A DNA stretch of 59,378 nt, taken from the NCBI GenBank assembly GCA_049999805.1, contig JBNGIO010005465.1, positions 1-59,378 of the forward strand, in the 5' to 3' direction. Positions 10,147 through 23,700 of the stretch are shown piece by piece (position 1 is the first letter of the stretch; each line of letters opens with the position of its first letter). The translations under genes were made by a program, and so were the position numbers. The notes under the pieces were generated by a model that had not been told where the DNA came from, did no database searches, and saw only the letters and a program-made list of their open reading frames with translations. Origin of the DNA: Folioceros fuciformis. Taxonomy: Eukaryota.

Positions 10147-12526
10147 CTAAACAGTTTGCAGAGCTTGTTCCCGCTTGAGTTGGAACACAGCACTCAAGAC
10201 ATCTTCAATAGCCTGCAGACACAACCATAAAACATTGTCACGATAGACTTGGAAAGCCCTCCGTAAACCAACAGACACAGAAGTGTGAACTCTGACACAC
10301 CTTGTCGGGCGTTGATGCACCCGACGTAACACCGATAGTGAGGGGTCCAGCGGGCAGAAAATTTTCAGTTTCCACCAGCTCACCATGCTGTTGGGAACAC
10401 CAGGCCAAAAAAAACATTCAGAGACTGAGAAGAAAGGTACATATCCCTCTGCAAAGATGCACATGCAAGGACCTCAGAAAGCACAAAAGGAAAGTTGGCC
10501 CATTCGTGCTCAGTTCTACTCACATTCAGCCTGTGTGCAATTCTGTTCCCAGGACCGATCCGAGCCTCCGTATCAATCCAATAAGAAGGGATACCCCTCA
10601 GTTCAGGAATTTCCTGAAGGTGGCTCGTGTTGCTGGAGTTCCATCCTCCGACAACAAGCATGAGGTCCAATTTCTCCTCCACCATTTCATACATAGCATC
10701 TTGTCTCTCCTGTGCATCACCACATCCGTAAGGTAAGCTTCCTTTGAGGTGGATTCTTCCATCAGCACTGCTCTGAGTCTTACTTGCCCGGGTAGCAAAG
10801 ACGACCAAGTACCTGAGTGGCATCACAAATGGTATTGAAACTCATGTAGTGCTCAGTCGGATTCTCGACACCATACTTCTGCATCATTGTCCTTTCGAAT
10901 AGCTTTCCTGGAGTGGAAAACCTTATCAGGTGTTAGGGAGAATCATTAATTGAACGCTGGAATCTATTGGGATTCACTAGCCACGTACCAATTGCCTCCG
11001 TTTCTCCTTTCAACATTGTAGTCTGATTGGCTACGCCAACTTTCACGAGATTAACATCGGGGTCAAAGCCTTTGGAGTGCGCGAATTTCTGCACGATAAC
11101 AAGGATCCAGTTGGAGATCAGCTCAAACTAGGGGCCAATGTGTCTCAAAAGTAGATGAGGTGAAACTGAACAGCAGCTGCTACTATGAGTCATGCAGGCT
11201 AACATTCAAGAACTCCTCCTTTGATCCACTTGATCCGTCAAGCTTTCCTCCCAAGATGTAGTCACAGACGTACATAGCCTACAATCCGAACATCAACCGA
11301 ATCACCATGAGAACCTAAACATTGAAACCCATAGTGTGTCCAATGTTCAGAACCAGAACTGTCACAGCTCTCACCTCCTTCATATTCTTCACTATGACAT
11401 ACGTTCCGGCAAAAGAAGCTGTGGCAATTGTCTCCTCGTGTTTAGCCTTCCCGTGAATGATCGATGTGTATGTTTCCTTCTTCTGCTTCTCGACTGCATT
11501 CCACACCTGCGATTCAGCCTTGTTAAAACATCTCCGTACGTAGATGCCTTAACAACAGAGACTTGCAGTAGGCAAGTCGATAGTATCCAGGCCATGTTCG
11601 TACTTTGGACACCCAAGGACAAGTCGTGTCAACAATTTGTACTTTCTTGTCACTTAGGACTCGCATCTCCTGAACTGATGCTCCAAAGGCAGGCAGAATC
11701 ACGACGTCTCCCTTCTCAGCAACACTGAAATCCTTGGCACCGTCAATGACAGGGATTGTCTTGACAGCCATGGTTTGCAATTTCTGCAAAGATCAGAAAG
11801 TAAAACGGCAAGCGCCAGACCTTAGTCCCAGATCACAACCTCGAGTGGCGCGAAACAGCAGGAAAAACGAAGACCCAGGTCCACACTTGACTGGCGGACA
11901 CAAAGTCTCACCTCATTTATGCTTGGATTGTGAATGAGCTCATTCGTGAGCCACAGCTGTTCGGTAGGAAACTGCTTCCGAGCCTCATAAACAATCTGCA
12001 CAGCTCGTTCCACCCCCCAGCAGAAGCCGTAAGCCTTGGCAAGCTTGACGGTAACATCACCCCACGTGTATACGAAGTTGTTCTCTTTCAGAATCTTGAC
12101 GAAGTTACCTGAAGGCGGCCAAATTTCACGACATGCACCACTTCAGCATCCAATATCTTTCAAAACATCGAATCCCAGGCAGAATCCACAGCCGCACTTA
12201 CTCTGGTACTCCTGCTCGATCAGCGCGAGAACCTCCTTCTTATGCCCGAATCCGTTCCTGTTATACTTTTCACTCCTGGTCAAGTTATGGCGAAAGGCCT
12301 TGGTGTCAAACCCCTCCGTGGCTTCCACAGCCTCCGGCGTGGCAGCACCATCACACCGAGCTCCAGCTCCCGCTTGGCTCAGCCTGAGCACCGGCAGCCT
12401 CTTCCCGCAGCACGCGGGCAGCCTAATGCCCGTGGAGAAGGAAGAGTCGAGTTTGGCCGCGCCTTCCGCCCCGGCATGTCCAGCAGCAGGGAGCCTCAAC
12501 ACTGAGAAGGCACAGGTGCTGGCCAT
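10147..12526 (-). CDS. HDR: 4-hydroxy-3-methylbut-2-enyl diphosphate reductase, plastid (MEP pathway), ~10 exons
   Basis: Transit-like N-terminus; [101 protein letters not shown] introns, e.g. 12201..12109; stop at 10147. Confidence 0.95.
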
Positions 12527-13406
12527 GGCGGAGCGCTCGCCTCAGCTGCAGCAAGAGGCAGACAAAGCGACCAAGTGGAGCCGAGCAGGATGGACGGGAC
12601 GAATGCGAGGCGAGAGAAGCAGGCGAGGAAGAGGATGCCGTGACCAAAAGTGCGCACGGGCCCAGACAAAGGCGACAGCGTCCGAGATGGTAGGAACGGA
12701 GACGTTTCACGAGACGGTATCACACGGCAGCGTAAGCGAGGGCCGTCGCAAAGATACGACCGAAAGGGGACAATGACTATGTTCACTGCGGACGCAGCCC
12801 CGATGGTTGTTGGCTCAAAATCAGGCCGTCGTGACTCGGGACAGTGGTGAACTGGTACGTAGCGGTCCCGGATGCTCTGATCCTTTCAATTTATATGCTG
12901 CCAGTCAGCCCAACGGCCATGGCAGGCTGCATGCTCTATGGACTATCCCGGCAATCGCCTGGAACCATGCGATACGACCTTGGACCATGTCCCACCAACT
13001 TACGTGGTTCAACACGTGCTCAGTCTGGGCCCATTCTGTGGCCAATCAACTAGCTCTCTCCGGCACCCCATGTCTTCCCACCCAATGGTGGTGCAGGATC
13101 ATTCCAGATAGCCCACCTGCTCTCACTTCCTTTGCTCAAAGATTAGAGAGTTTAAAACAGTGATTCAGTGCAATATATGATAAAGAGATCCAACGTAGAA
13201 ATAACTGTGCGCTTCAAAAGCCTGGCCTATGAGCGTGACTTGAACTCTACCTCAAGTCCAGTGCTTCAGAGACGGAGCGTTCACAATACTGCTGAAAAAA
13301 TTGTCTACCACGACATGCAAAAGAAAAAGATGGGTCGACACTACCGACTCTAAGCAAACCCATCTTCGCCCGGGCTTAGCTGCCTTCTCCTCCGTTGGCA
13401 GTCTCA

Positions 13407-16274
13407 TCAGCCTTTTTGCTTCAAGGTGATCTTATCACCCAGACTCAGAGCTATGCCCTGTGTTTTGCTTCTGATTCGGATGTAGCCGCTCAGCTTCCCA
13501 TCCGGCTGCTGCTCCACACTGACATTCACCAGAGCGTCTTCACCGAATACGCTCTTGGCATAGAGGTTGGCAGCCAGGAACCCGCAGTGCTCCTGAAGGG
13601 CAGATGCCGGAGTGAGGCACTTCATGTTAGTTGAAGCCACAATGTGACTCAAAAACTCCTGGACATCTGTGATATTTGTGTTCACGGCGACCTTGTTCTC
13701 CCACTCAAACTCAGCCCACATGTTTCTGAAGGCCACATCTGGACAAGAAGCTGGTGAGATGTAGTCCATGATGTCAATGTGGATGTCATTCAGCACCACC
13801 ACGTTCCGATCCAGCACACTAGTGGACTCGTACACAATGTTGCCGAAGATGACTCCTGTCTCTGTAGATGAGACCTTGATGTTGGCTCGGATCTGTTTAC
13901 TTGAGCCTGCAGCAAGGGTGTAGTTTTGAGGACGCTCCACAAGCTTGAGGTCGCCCATGGTTGCCAGCTCCAGACACAGATTCTGCAGAGTCTCTGCGGT
14001 GCGATTGACAACAGTCACATCCAGAACAATATCGTACTGGTGAACCATAACATAAGCTTCTGCATACACCGGGTCACTGAACCCAGTGAGCTGTAGCACC
14101 CTATTCAGCTTTCTCGTGTTGTCAGCCACCTTGGTGAACTCCCCAGTTGCTCGCTTCAGGTCTGTTTGGACCTCATCTTCAAGTTCCAGCTGGCTCATGC
14201 CCTTCCTGCTCTTGAGGTGATAGAAGTCAATCAGATCATCTGGCTGTGCGTTGGTCACTTGGGCCTTCGCCTTAGTCTCTTCTGTTTCAGACTGCTGCTT
14301 CTCTACAATCATTTTCACGAAACTTGCACGGCATTCATGAAGCCACACTTCCTTCATCACCGTATCCCTGCTTGCAAGGATTCGTATGCAGAGACTGATT
14401 CTGTTGGATGAATCATTGTCAGTAGGATGGGGCAAAGCTGATGACTGCCCAAGCCTCAGAATTGAAACCAAAATAAGGAGAACATCAGCTGTGGCTCTAT
14501 TCAAGGCCACCTTCGACGGCTGAAGCTCTTCCAGCCGCAATACCAACTTCGTCAGGGTGGTTGCCACAACAGCCCCCAAGAAGAAATCACCAGTAAGGAG
14601 AATTGATCTGAGGTTCGCAACCAAAGACTCTCCTAGCGAAGCAGTGGGCACTGTGTTCGCTATCTCCACAGCAGCGCTCTGAGACGCATATGTTCCATCC
14701 GCAAGAACTGCAGGTCTCTTGGATGACGCAGCAGACACAGACAAGGCAGGAGGAACACGCCCCACACCAGCAGATGACTTCGTCACTGATGGATCCGCAG
14801 TATCACCCTCCTCTGTAGCTGTGTACAAAGGCAGCTCACCAAGCGATTGCTTTATTGTGAAAATGCCTGCCTCAACTTCTGAGGTTGACAGGCAGTACTC
14901 TCCAATAATCCAGAGTGCACAGGTACAAACTCTCGAGGCGCGGATCTGATAGAAAATGTCGAGCAACCTGGCAATAATGGACTCCCGAAGCTTTAAGTTG
15001 GTTTCAATTATTTCTCTCACGAAGAAAACCACATCAATGGCTGATGCCGTGTTGGAGTCGCCTAAAAAGTCCATTAGAAGATGCACAACGCTAGATGCCA
15101 CTTCAGGAAACTTAATGGCGCAAGAGTGAATAGCCTGAACCAGCATTTGCCTGTACTCCCCATTTTTCTCGAGCTCCTTGCTCTGTGTCTTCACAACCTC
15201 CTTCTTGAGAGTCAACACCACCTCATCAATATTTCTCGGAGTGATCAGATCCAGCGCAATATCTAAAGTCTTCCGTCTGATATCAAGATTGGGACTGGAC
15301 AAGGCCCTAAGGACATCCATGATCATGTCCACCATAACTTCCCTGTGTGCCGCCTTCAGCTCCTGCAGCCGATCCAGGACTATCAGCTTCACGTTGTTGT
15401 CACTCTGGGACTGGAGCAGCTGACAGTAGGTATTTGCAGCGGCTCTGATTGCAGTGGGTGCAGAAGACAGAGACACAAGAGTCCCCGCGCACTCATACAT
15501 CACAGCTGAGGAGGGGCAGTTGAGCAGCGACAGGATGATCTTGATGTACTTCCCCTTCTCACCTGGGTTAGTTCTGCACACCTTCCTGATGAGTTCAAGA
15601 ACAACCATCTGTAGAAGGTCTCCCCAGTTAGGGACAGCCTCCAAATGGCTCAGTAGATAGTTCACCGCCCTTTGCTGGGCACAGTTGTACAGCATAAGAA
15701 ACGCATTCCGTCGAGCTGACAAATCCTGCTCTGTTGACAAGACTTTCTCAATCAGATCTGGCGCATCAACCAGGAGAAGCTCACCCTGCGGAAGCTTGTA
15801 GATCGACATGATGGCCAGAATGGCATTCCGCCTCACGAATGCATGTCGATGTTCCAAGTTGGTCACAATCGACGGGATCAAGGGCTCGATGAGCTCCGCC
15901 TCATTCAACCTGGAGAGAAAACGGAGCGTGACACCTCTTATATACTCGTTGGGGTGCTGCAGGTTGTTCCTCAGGTTCTGGCAAATGAGAATCATTTCCG
16001 GCAGTATCTTCCCCTGTGCGTCAGTCTTGTCGATTATCTCCAGATACAGAAGCAGCAGCTTCTGCACAGTATGGTCTTCTGAGGGCAATACATATCTCAC
16101 GATGGTGATGAACAGCTGAGGTAAAATTTCCCCATTGAGCAGCAACATTACGGCCTTCTTCATCGCGTCTACTTTCCGCTGCACGTCATTGCCTTCCAGC
16201 GCCTCCTTGATCTCATTGGCAAGAGCCGGAGTACCCTTGTCAAAATGGACGAGCAAGCTGCACGTTTTGTCCAT
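13407..16274 (-). CDS. COPB1: Coatomer subunit beta (beta-COP), 955 aa, single coding exon; probable 5'UTR intron (acceptor ~16284)
   Basis: MDKTCSLLVHFDKG...LQHPNEYIRGVTLRFL; QLTGFSDPVYAEA; FRNMWAEFEWENKV; RIRSKTQGIALSLGDKI. Confidence 0.97.
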   Translation of the reverse strand: MDKTCSLLVHFDKGTPALANEIKEALEGNDVQRKVDAMKKAVMLLLNGEILPQLFITIVRYVLPSEDHTVQKLLLLYLEIIDKTDAQGKILPEMILICQNLRNNLQHPNEYIRGVTLRFLSRLNEAELIEPLIPSIVTNLEHRHAFVRRNAILAIMSIYKLPQGELLLVDAPDLIEKVLSTEQDLSARRNAFLMLYNCAQQRAVNYLLSHLEAVPNWGDLLQMVVLELIRKVCRTNPGEKGKYIKIILSLLNCPSSAVMYECAGTLVSLSSAPTAIRAAANTYCQLLQSQSDNNVKLIVLDRLQELKAAHREVMVDMIMDVLRALSSPNLDIRRKTLDIALDLITPRNIDEVVLTLKKEVVKTQSKELEKNGEYRQMLVQAIHSCAIKFPEVASSVVHLLMDFLGDSNTASAIDVVFFVREIIETNLKLRESIIARLLDIFYQIRASRVCTCALWIIGEYCLSTSEVEAGIFTIKQSLGELPLYTATEEGDTADPSVTKSSAGVGRVPPALSVSAASSKRPAVLADGTYASQSAAVEIANTVPTASLGESLVANLRSILLTGDFFLGAVVATTLTKLVLRLEELQPSKVALNRATADVLLILVSILRLGQSSALPHPTDNDSSNRISLCIRILASRDTVMKEVWLHECRASFVKMIVEKQQSETEETKAKAQVTNAQPDDLIDFYHLKSRKGMSQLELEDEVQTDLKRATGEFTKVADNTRKLNRVLQLTGFSDPVYAEAYVMVHQYDIVLDVTVVNRTAETLQNLCLELATMGDLKLVERPQNYTLAAGSSKQIRANIKVSSTETGVIFGNIVYESTSVLDRNVVVLNDIHIDIMDYISPASCPDVAFRNMWAEFEWENKVAVNTNITDVQEFLSHIVASTNMKCLTPASALQEHCGFLAANLYAKSVFGEDALVNVSVEQQPDGKLSGYIRIRSKTQGIALSLGDKITLKQKG

Positions 16275-17399
16275 GGCTTCAACCTGCAAGACAAACCCCT
16301 ATTGCTTGAGCATTAGATCTGCGGGCAAAGTTGCAAAGCAGAGTGACCAGCGGAGTTCAACCTTGACCTGCAACGGCACCACCCGCGGCACGATCTGGAC
16401 AGGAAGCGCAAGCAGAGGTGCTACGGCCGCTTCGGGCCTCAAACCTCAGATCTGGCAGCCCCGACTGGGCCCAGTGTGGCAGGCACCTAGACTACGTTCC
16501 CAGATCTAAGCCTCCCTGCTCGCAAAACCCCGCTCATATTACAGACAGCGGCCCCACCAAGCAAGCGTCGATAACCCGATTCTTTCCTTCCCGACCGATT
16601 CATTCCTTGCATACGTACTTCATTCGGAATGTCCTGCTATAATACAAGTAAAAAACGCATACTTAAGTCTTACATAAACTTCATTGAACACATAATTAAC
16701 AGAGGACATAAAAGTTCTATAAGTTTATTGACTGGAGCATAAGCTAGATCCATTTTGTCAGGCGTCACGCTTTCATCTCTCCTGTTCATATGATAGTACT
16801 TCTCTAGCCGTTCATGTAATAGCACTTCTCTAATCTTACACGTACCTAAATTTTTCTCCCTTGGTGTTAATCCCAATACCTTCTCTAATCCTAAGAATTA
16901 CATTAAATATTCCATTTTGCTTAATTGAGTAGCGCAATGCTTCATTTTGGTAATCTGAGCTAATTCTTAAGCTTAGTCTTTTTGGTGATTGAAACTAATT
17001 CTTAAGCTTAGTTGAGATATTATCAATGCTCATTAAAGATTTTATCTTGATATGGACTAACAAAATAGAATAATGTCTCTATAAGATGGGACAAAAACAT
17101 TGGAAATCGAGAACTTTGATAGGTGGTGAACAATATGAACAAGGTGGCTAGCAAGAAGGATGGTGAAAATGTTGTTTGCTACAATGGTGATGATGCAAGC
17201 ACTCGCTCGAAGCCTGCTCAAGGAGGCACTTTGAGCTCCGTCTCTAATTCAAGGGCTAGTGACACCCCCCATGTTGCCTTGTTCGTATCAATTACATAGA
17301 CAGGTACTAAATCGAAAGACTCTAGTTCCTCGATATTGTCATTGTGGGCTCAAACCTTCTTACTATCTAGATAACTTACTGTCAGACATAGGAGAACAC

Positions 17400-18124
17400 A
17401 GCAAGAAAGCAACTTTGGCTACTAGTGGCTCTACAAAGGCCCATCATCTACGCAAATCATTCTCATGAATGCTTTGAAGGTTGTAGTCGCTAAACCTAAC
17501 TTTTTGGAGTCTTCACATCAAATGCTTTTCTCTGTTATTGTATTAAGAAAGGTTACATGTGTTTCTCCATCTCCACCTAACGTCAATGCTTATGTAAAGA
17601 GAGCTATTTGGGCTCTACTTGACTATACTATTGTCAAGCCTAATGGTTGCTTCTAGATCAAAATGGGCTCTCGCAGTCCAACTCAGGTTCTATTGTGTCA
17701 ATCTACAAAATTCAAGGACAAAAAGTTAACTACTTTAAAGCCATGGTCTATAGGAACTTATATTGTGAGGATCAACTACAAGAAGAAATTCCCTTGGGTT
17801 GAAATTTGAGGACTTACCTCAGACCTTTATGAAATGGCAAAAGAAATAGTGCAAACAGTCATGGAGATTTTAAATTTCTCTTATGCCCCCAAGGTTGAGG
17901 ACATATAGTTGAGGGCAACTCCAAGGTTTGGGGTGAAGATCCCCTCCATGATGGAACTCCTAGTTAGAACTACTATTAAACCTTTATCAAACTCAAGCAT
18001 CAAGCTTACTCAGCTCTTCTACTTCCTATACATTCCTACTCATTGTCACAAATATGGTAGGGTTGATCATCTGCACGGATCTGCCCATATTTTGCTTAGC
18101 AACGAAATGGGCGTCCTTTGCTGA
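17400..18124 (+). mobile_element. L1-type LINE ORF1 relic
   Basis: FPWVEI*GLT (PVWV-L-GLP-like) and degenerate zinc knuckle YIPTHCHKYGRVDH; multiple stops. Confidence 0.55.
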
Positions 18125-18216
18125 AGGATGTTTTATCCGCTCTTGGCTTCCTAGTACTAAAACATCACTTGATGACTATCAACGTTGATAGCCAACATTA
18201 ACACAAAGAGCAATCA

Positions 18217-19690
18217 ACTTTCTTGCAAATGGAGTGCTCACTTGTTTGATTAACATGTCGCCAACTCTATCATCTTGATAGTTTGCTTGCTGCTTAAGAG
18301 GAAGGGCAAACAAAAAACATTTTTCTAGATTCCCAACTTTGATTAGGCAATTATCATTTCATGTCCTATTATGTGCCGGAACCCTCACAAGGAATGTCAT
18401 CGCAGAGTATGTGGGCTATTGCTAAGGAAAGTATACAAAGGGTCCTCTAAACGAAGCTCCCTCTTGTTGCGATGCCTATGATCAAGGCAAGCTTAAAGGG
18501 CAAAATGCTTACATCGTTCTCCACCGCAATAGCTTGCTGCCATGAAAAGCAGCAAGTTGGCAAGATTTGGGGAGTCCCATAAAGGATAGTCCCAAAGATG
18601 CCTTGTCCTAGCAGTCTTGCAATTCAAGAACAGCTCCATCAAAAAGAAAGTAAGTCATGCTCATGGGAGCAAGTTAGAGATGATGGAGCACTTACGGCTT
18701 CCCTGAAGTGTTTTCCTTTGCGACAAGAGGGAATCATGAAAGTTGCAGTGTAAGCAACTGGGCCAACACAGGGTACGCGCGTTGGCTGGGAGTTCGTTAG
18801 TCACACCTTCGCACCAATTCGAGGGGCACACGGAAAACCAACTTTGTATTTAGGACACACAAGTACAAGGCCTTTCTCCTCTAGCTATGGCGCTCTTTAG
18901 GTGCAACTTCGAAGACTAACCTCCTTGCTCCTTGCCTCCTAGTGTTAGTGTCTTCCTAGGGTTTTTCCAGCATGTTCACACTTGCTGGGTCCCAGCCTTT
19001 TTCTAGCTACTTGAATCTGTCTATTATTTGTAATAACTACGTTCCCAAATTAACGAAATAAAAGAGCATAATAGCTATTATCCATACTGTGCTAAGGGAC
19101 AAACTGAAAGCTAAGAATGCGAACTTGCCTTACCTTCCTTCTTGTGCTCGAGCATAGTAGTAGAAGTAGTCTCAAGAGTCTCGGCAATCTCGATTGCAGA
19201 ATGACCATGTCACATGTCCCAACCTCCCTAGTAGCTTTCTTTCATAACTTTCTTGCAAATGGAGTGCTCATTAGTTTGATCAACATGTCGCCGACTCTAT
19301 CACCTTGGGAGTTTGCTTATTGCTTAAGAGGAAGGGCAAACAAGAAACATTTTTCTAGATTCCCAACTTTGACTAGGCAATTACCATTTCATGTGCTATT
19401 ATGTGTCTGGAACCCTCACAAGAAATGTCATCTCAGAGTATGTGAGCTATTGCTGAGGAACCTATACATAGGGTCCTCCAAGCGGAACTCCCTCTTGTTG
19501 CAACGCCTATGATCAAGGCAAGCTTAAAGGGCAAAATGCTTACATCATTCTCCACCACAATAACTTGCTCTTTGCTCTTTAAGGTTGAGGACGATGTGGA
19601 CTTTGAGGAGCATACCAATGAATATAGAGAGGATCTCTCTAGAGAGTTTGTTATGGATGTGGTTAAGGGGCATGATATTGCTTTCAATTC
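18217..19690 (-). mobile_element. Decayed Ty3/gypsy-like gag fragment containing a ~320-bp direct duplication (18217-18538 vs 19246-19567)
   Basis: Two near-identical copies starting aactttcttgcaaatggagtgctca; minus-strand KERHS*RRKGLVLVC resembles gypsy gag RRxxGLC; the duplication is clear, the gypsy call is weak. Confidence 0.4.
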
Positions 19691-20039
19691 AAGAGTGGTA
19701 GCAAAGCTGTTATCTCGCAGTTAGGTTGGGCAAGAAGTCCTCCTCAAATCACCATTCTAGAGACACAAGTTATGAAGTCCAAGACTAATCCTTCTAGTCC
19801 AGAAAATATTTTTTAGACCCCAAATCCTAGTTCCTCTCTAGATCCTATCAATGTGTCGCCTTGAAGAATCCTTGTCCATTTTGGTAGGACCAAGGTGGAT
19901 ATAGGTAAGAAACTTAGTCATATCCAAAAAGAGTTGTTATCCACCCACAAACATGTTTCCACAAAAGGCCTTGCCCTTTGTTGCTTTCAATGAGGTCTTG
20001 GGTGCTCGAGCATTCAATGTTTAGAAGTGGCATGCAATT

Positions 20040-20770
20040 GTAACAAATTTGAGGAATTTTTTTTGTGATAAGATAACATTACATAAATAGTGGTTATGAA
20101 TTTCCATGCAAATGTTTAAGTTTAGGGCTTGGGAAGTCCTTCTTAAACGTGACTACTTCGATTTTATACAAGGCTCTTATTGTGGCTGATAAAACCAAGG
20201 GTATAAAAGAAAATTGCTTCCAAGTTCCAGGTCCTTTTTGGTATGTAGTCAAGGATTCTCAAGATTGTGTGGCCTTTTCTAGGTATTGCGGAAAGGCATA
20301 GATGTATTGTTTGGTGCATGCTTAGAATTACCCTTCCCAACTCTAACGGTTGGAATGGTTTCTTAGAGGCTATGGGTCATGCTTAGAATTACCCTTCCCA
20401 ACTCTAATGGTTGGAATGGTTTCTTAGAGGCTATGGGTCACCCTTTGTGTATTCTGTATGACTCTAGCCAAAAGCATATTGGTGAACATCTTATATTATA
20501 TTGCCTCTTGTCTAGGAAAGTTTAGTTGCATATTCAAACTTGGATCCCGACGGTAATGAGAAACCAAGCCTTATCCATCTCAGCGTTCACTGCTCTATTT
20601 GGGTTGGACATTGGCTCTGACTAGGAGTGGCTTTCAACATCCTTTGGATTCACTAGACTATAGTCATGTTCAAAAGAGATGATCCTGCTACTTGCAACTC
20701 GCTTCTTTGTCAAATTAGACAATCTACTATCTGTTGTGCCATAGGCTTAAGGAAGACTCTAATAAATAAA
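20040..20770 (+). mobile_element. LINE ORF2 C-terminal zinc-binding (zf-RVT-like) relic ending in AATAAATAAA; contains a 61-bp tandem duplication (~20317-20440)
   Basis: ILKIVWPFLGIAERHRCIVWCMLRITLP...HPLCILYDSSQKHIGEHLILYCLLSRKV* follows the W..W...LP...C..C...EHL...C pattern. Confidence 0.55.
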
Positions 20771-23700
20771 GTCAGCGTCAGCGTAGCCATAAAGGGTAAG
20801 TACATCTTGCCCCTGGAAGTATAAGCCGTGATTCATGGTGCCTTTTAGGTAGCGAAGGATACGTTTAACAGCACTCTAGTGGGCTGGACTAGGGTCATCA
20901 AGGAACTGAGACACTGAACTGACTGCGTATTGTATATCGGGACGAGTCCAGCAACTTATGTAGTTGAGATAGCCAACGGCATGGCGATAAGGAATGTGAG
21001 ACATAGCTTGGCGGTCCTCCTCAGTTTGAGGGCACTGGTCATGGGAAAGCTTGACACCGAAAATGCCGGAGTAGACACTGATTGGGCAGAATCCAGGTGG
21101 AAATGGCCAAGCCTCTCAGCACTGTATTTAGCCTGGTGGAGCATAATAGTATGTTCAGCAAGATCGCGGGTCAACTGAATCCCTAAAACAAAGGTGAGAG
21201 CCCTGATATCCTTCATATCAAATTTTTGATGGAGCATTCCTTTCACCTAGGCTAGCAGACCTGGATCATTGGACGCGAGGATGGCATCGTCGACATACAA
21301 AGCTAGGATTACGAGGGATCTCTCTTCGAAGTAAACATAGACGTTTGCGTCGCCAGGGTTCTGTTGAAAACCGATGGACTTGAGGTAAGCATCGATAGTT
21401 TTATATCATTCTCGTGTAGATTGTTTTAGGCCGTAAATGGTCTTCTTGAGATGACAAACCCAGTCAGGATGATCAGGGCGGACAAACCCCTCAGGTTGCT
21501 CTATGTAAATGTCTTCTTCTAGCTCGTCATAGAGGACTGTTGAGCGTATGGTACAATCAGCTGCCTAACAATGCCCAAGTCAATGAGATATTGGTTGAAG
21601 TGACCGTGTACAAACTTAGTTCCATTATCTGTGCGCAAGCACTTGAGCAAGCATCCAGTTTGACGTTGAGCCATTTCTAGCCATTCTTGGAAAACACCAA
21701 AAATGTCCGACTTCAATCGTAAGGGGTAAGTCCAAGAATACCTACTATAATCGTCAGTGGTTGTTAGATAATATTGGGTACCACCTAGAGATGGAACATG
21801 GATTTTTCCTGAAATATCCGTGTGTACCAACTCCAGGATCTAGGAAGCACGGTGAGCGACAACCTTAGGAAAAGGTAACTCCTTTTGCTTGGCTATTACG
21901 CAGGCATCGCAAAGTGGCAAGGAGCTGAAGCACTTTGGAAGTGGCTCTCGATAGCACGAGAGGTTGGACATCTTCATCAACTTGTCACGATTAGCATGAC
22001 CCAATCGGGCATGCCAAAGGCTAGCCTGTGCGGACTGTGATAGGCGTGCAACATAAGCAGCTTCAAGAGGTATTGCACTGCAAGTCTAGTTGATAAAGAT
22101 TATGAACAAGATGTTCTATTGCTACGACCTTGCCTACTTTCCCACTCTTCTTAAGCAAACAGCTAGAAGAAGTAAATAGCAAGTCGTACAGACGTAGAGA
22201 CATTAGCTGGCTAATTGACAAGAGGTGCTTAGCCATGTGTGGAACGTACAGGACGTTATCAAGATGAAGGAATGAGCCATCATGAAGACGAAACCGACAT
22301 GAGCCAGAGCCTTCAATGAGCAGGCCAGTACACGTAACCTCATCCCCTAACAGCCCTTTGTTTGATGTCTGGGAGGGTCGGAAATGACTCAAAAGCAACT
22401 TATCATTGCAGATGTGAGAAGTGGCACCCGAGTCTAGGTACCAACTATGTGGAGAGGGTGCAGCTGAGGACGAGAAACAAACCGTCATTACCACTGGTGT
22501 TTTACCAGTAGTAGAAGTGGAAGTTCTGTCCTTGGCAACCACGTGTGCTTTCTCAGCTTTACGTGGTTCACCCGACTTCTTTTTTCGACACTCGCGTTCC
22601 TAGTGGCTCTTATTGCCACACTAGTTGCAAGTGCCAGTCCGTTTGGTTGGAGCAAGCTTAGAAGATTCGGCTCCATAGGTATTTGATCTACCATTATCAA
22701 AGTTTCGCCCCTGTGTGTACAGCACCTTATCCACTTTGATTCGACCATGCTGACCAGAGTGTGCTCGACTTTGCTATTCTTGTAACAGGGCTCCAACAAC
22801 ATCAGTAAAATTGATGTGGGCAACCTTCCCAGCAGCCATTGCCTTGTCAGCTGCGCGTATGGAAGCACCATAGCCAGAGACAAAAGTATGGTAACTGGGA
22901 GGTAAAGAAGAGAGCAACTGGGCAACAACGTCCAATTCAGGAAATGAGGAACCAAGGTTAAGTAGTTGAGCTCTTAGCTGGCGGAAACGAAGGAGGAAGG
23001 GTGACACCTTCTCCCCTTCCTTCAAACGAAGGGAGAACAGTTCTCCTCGTACAACACACAAGGTTAGTATGTTCCTTGCTTCGTACGTCTGGAGAAGCTG
23101 CTTCCAGATCTCTTCTGCTTTGAGCACATATGCAATATCAGGCACGAGGATTTCATCCAGCCCACTGATGGGGAAAGCACGTGCGACATCATTAAGGTTC
23201 TGCTATCTGTCTTTCTCATCTTGTGTTGCAGTAGCGGGAGGTTCTTGTACTGTGCCGCTAACAACTCCCCACACGTGTCTATCCTGCAGGGCAAAAGTCA
23301 TGCGCACTCGCCAGACTTCGAACTTGGTGCCGTTGAAGTGGTCCCGCTCTTTAAATTCAACACTGTAGGTTGGTTGTTGAGGGAACAAGGGCTGTGGAAG
23401 TGAGGATGGTGGAGGAGGAGGCAGCGGCAGAGGTGGAAGAGAGGGTGGTGGTGGTGGTAAGCCACCAGTACCCGTAACTCCATCGGAACCTGACATCTCA
23501 ATCTTTTGGTTGGTGCAGCAGGTAACCACGGTGTTAGCGTAGCCGGTTTTAGTCGCTACTTCAACAGGAGATCAAGATTTTTGGTGTAGCCTACGTCCTC
23601 CAAAAACGGTTGCTCTCACTCCAAGCTTCAGGCGATTTATGAAGGTAAGTGTCGGTTGAGGGATCCAGGGGAGGGAGAGCATGCCTCTTGACGGATGCCT

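Noticed and set aside
12036-12776. 246-aa plus-strand ORF
   Set aside because: Antisense shadow of GC-rich HDR exons 1-2; no independent protein features
8640-16274. Possible metabolic gene cluster around HDR
   Set aside because: Neighbours (COG2, PV42-like, beta-COP) are functionally unrelated to isoprenoid synthesis; no terpene synthase or P450 present
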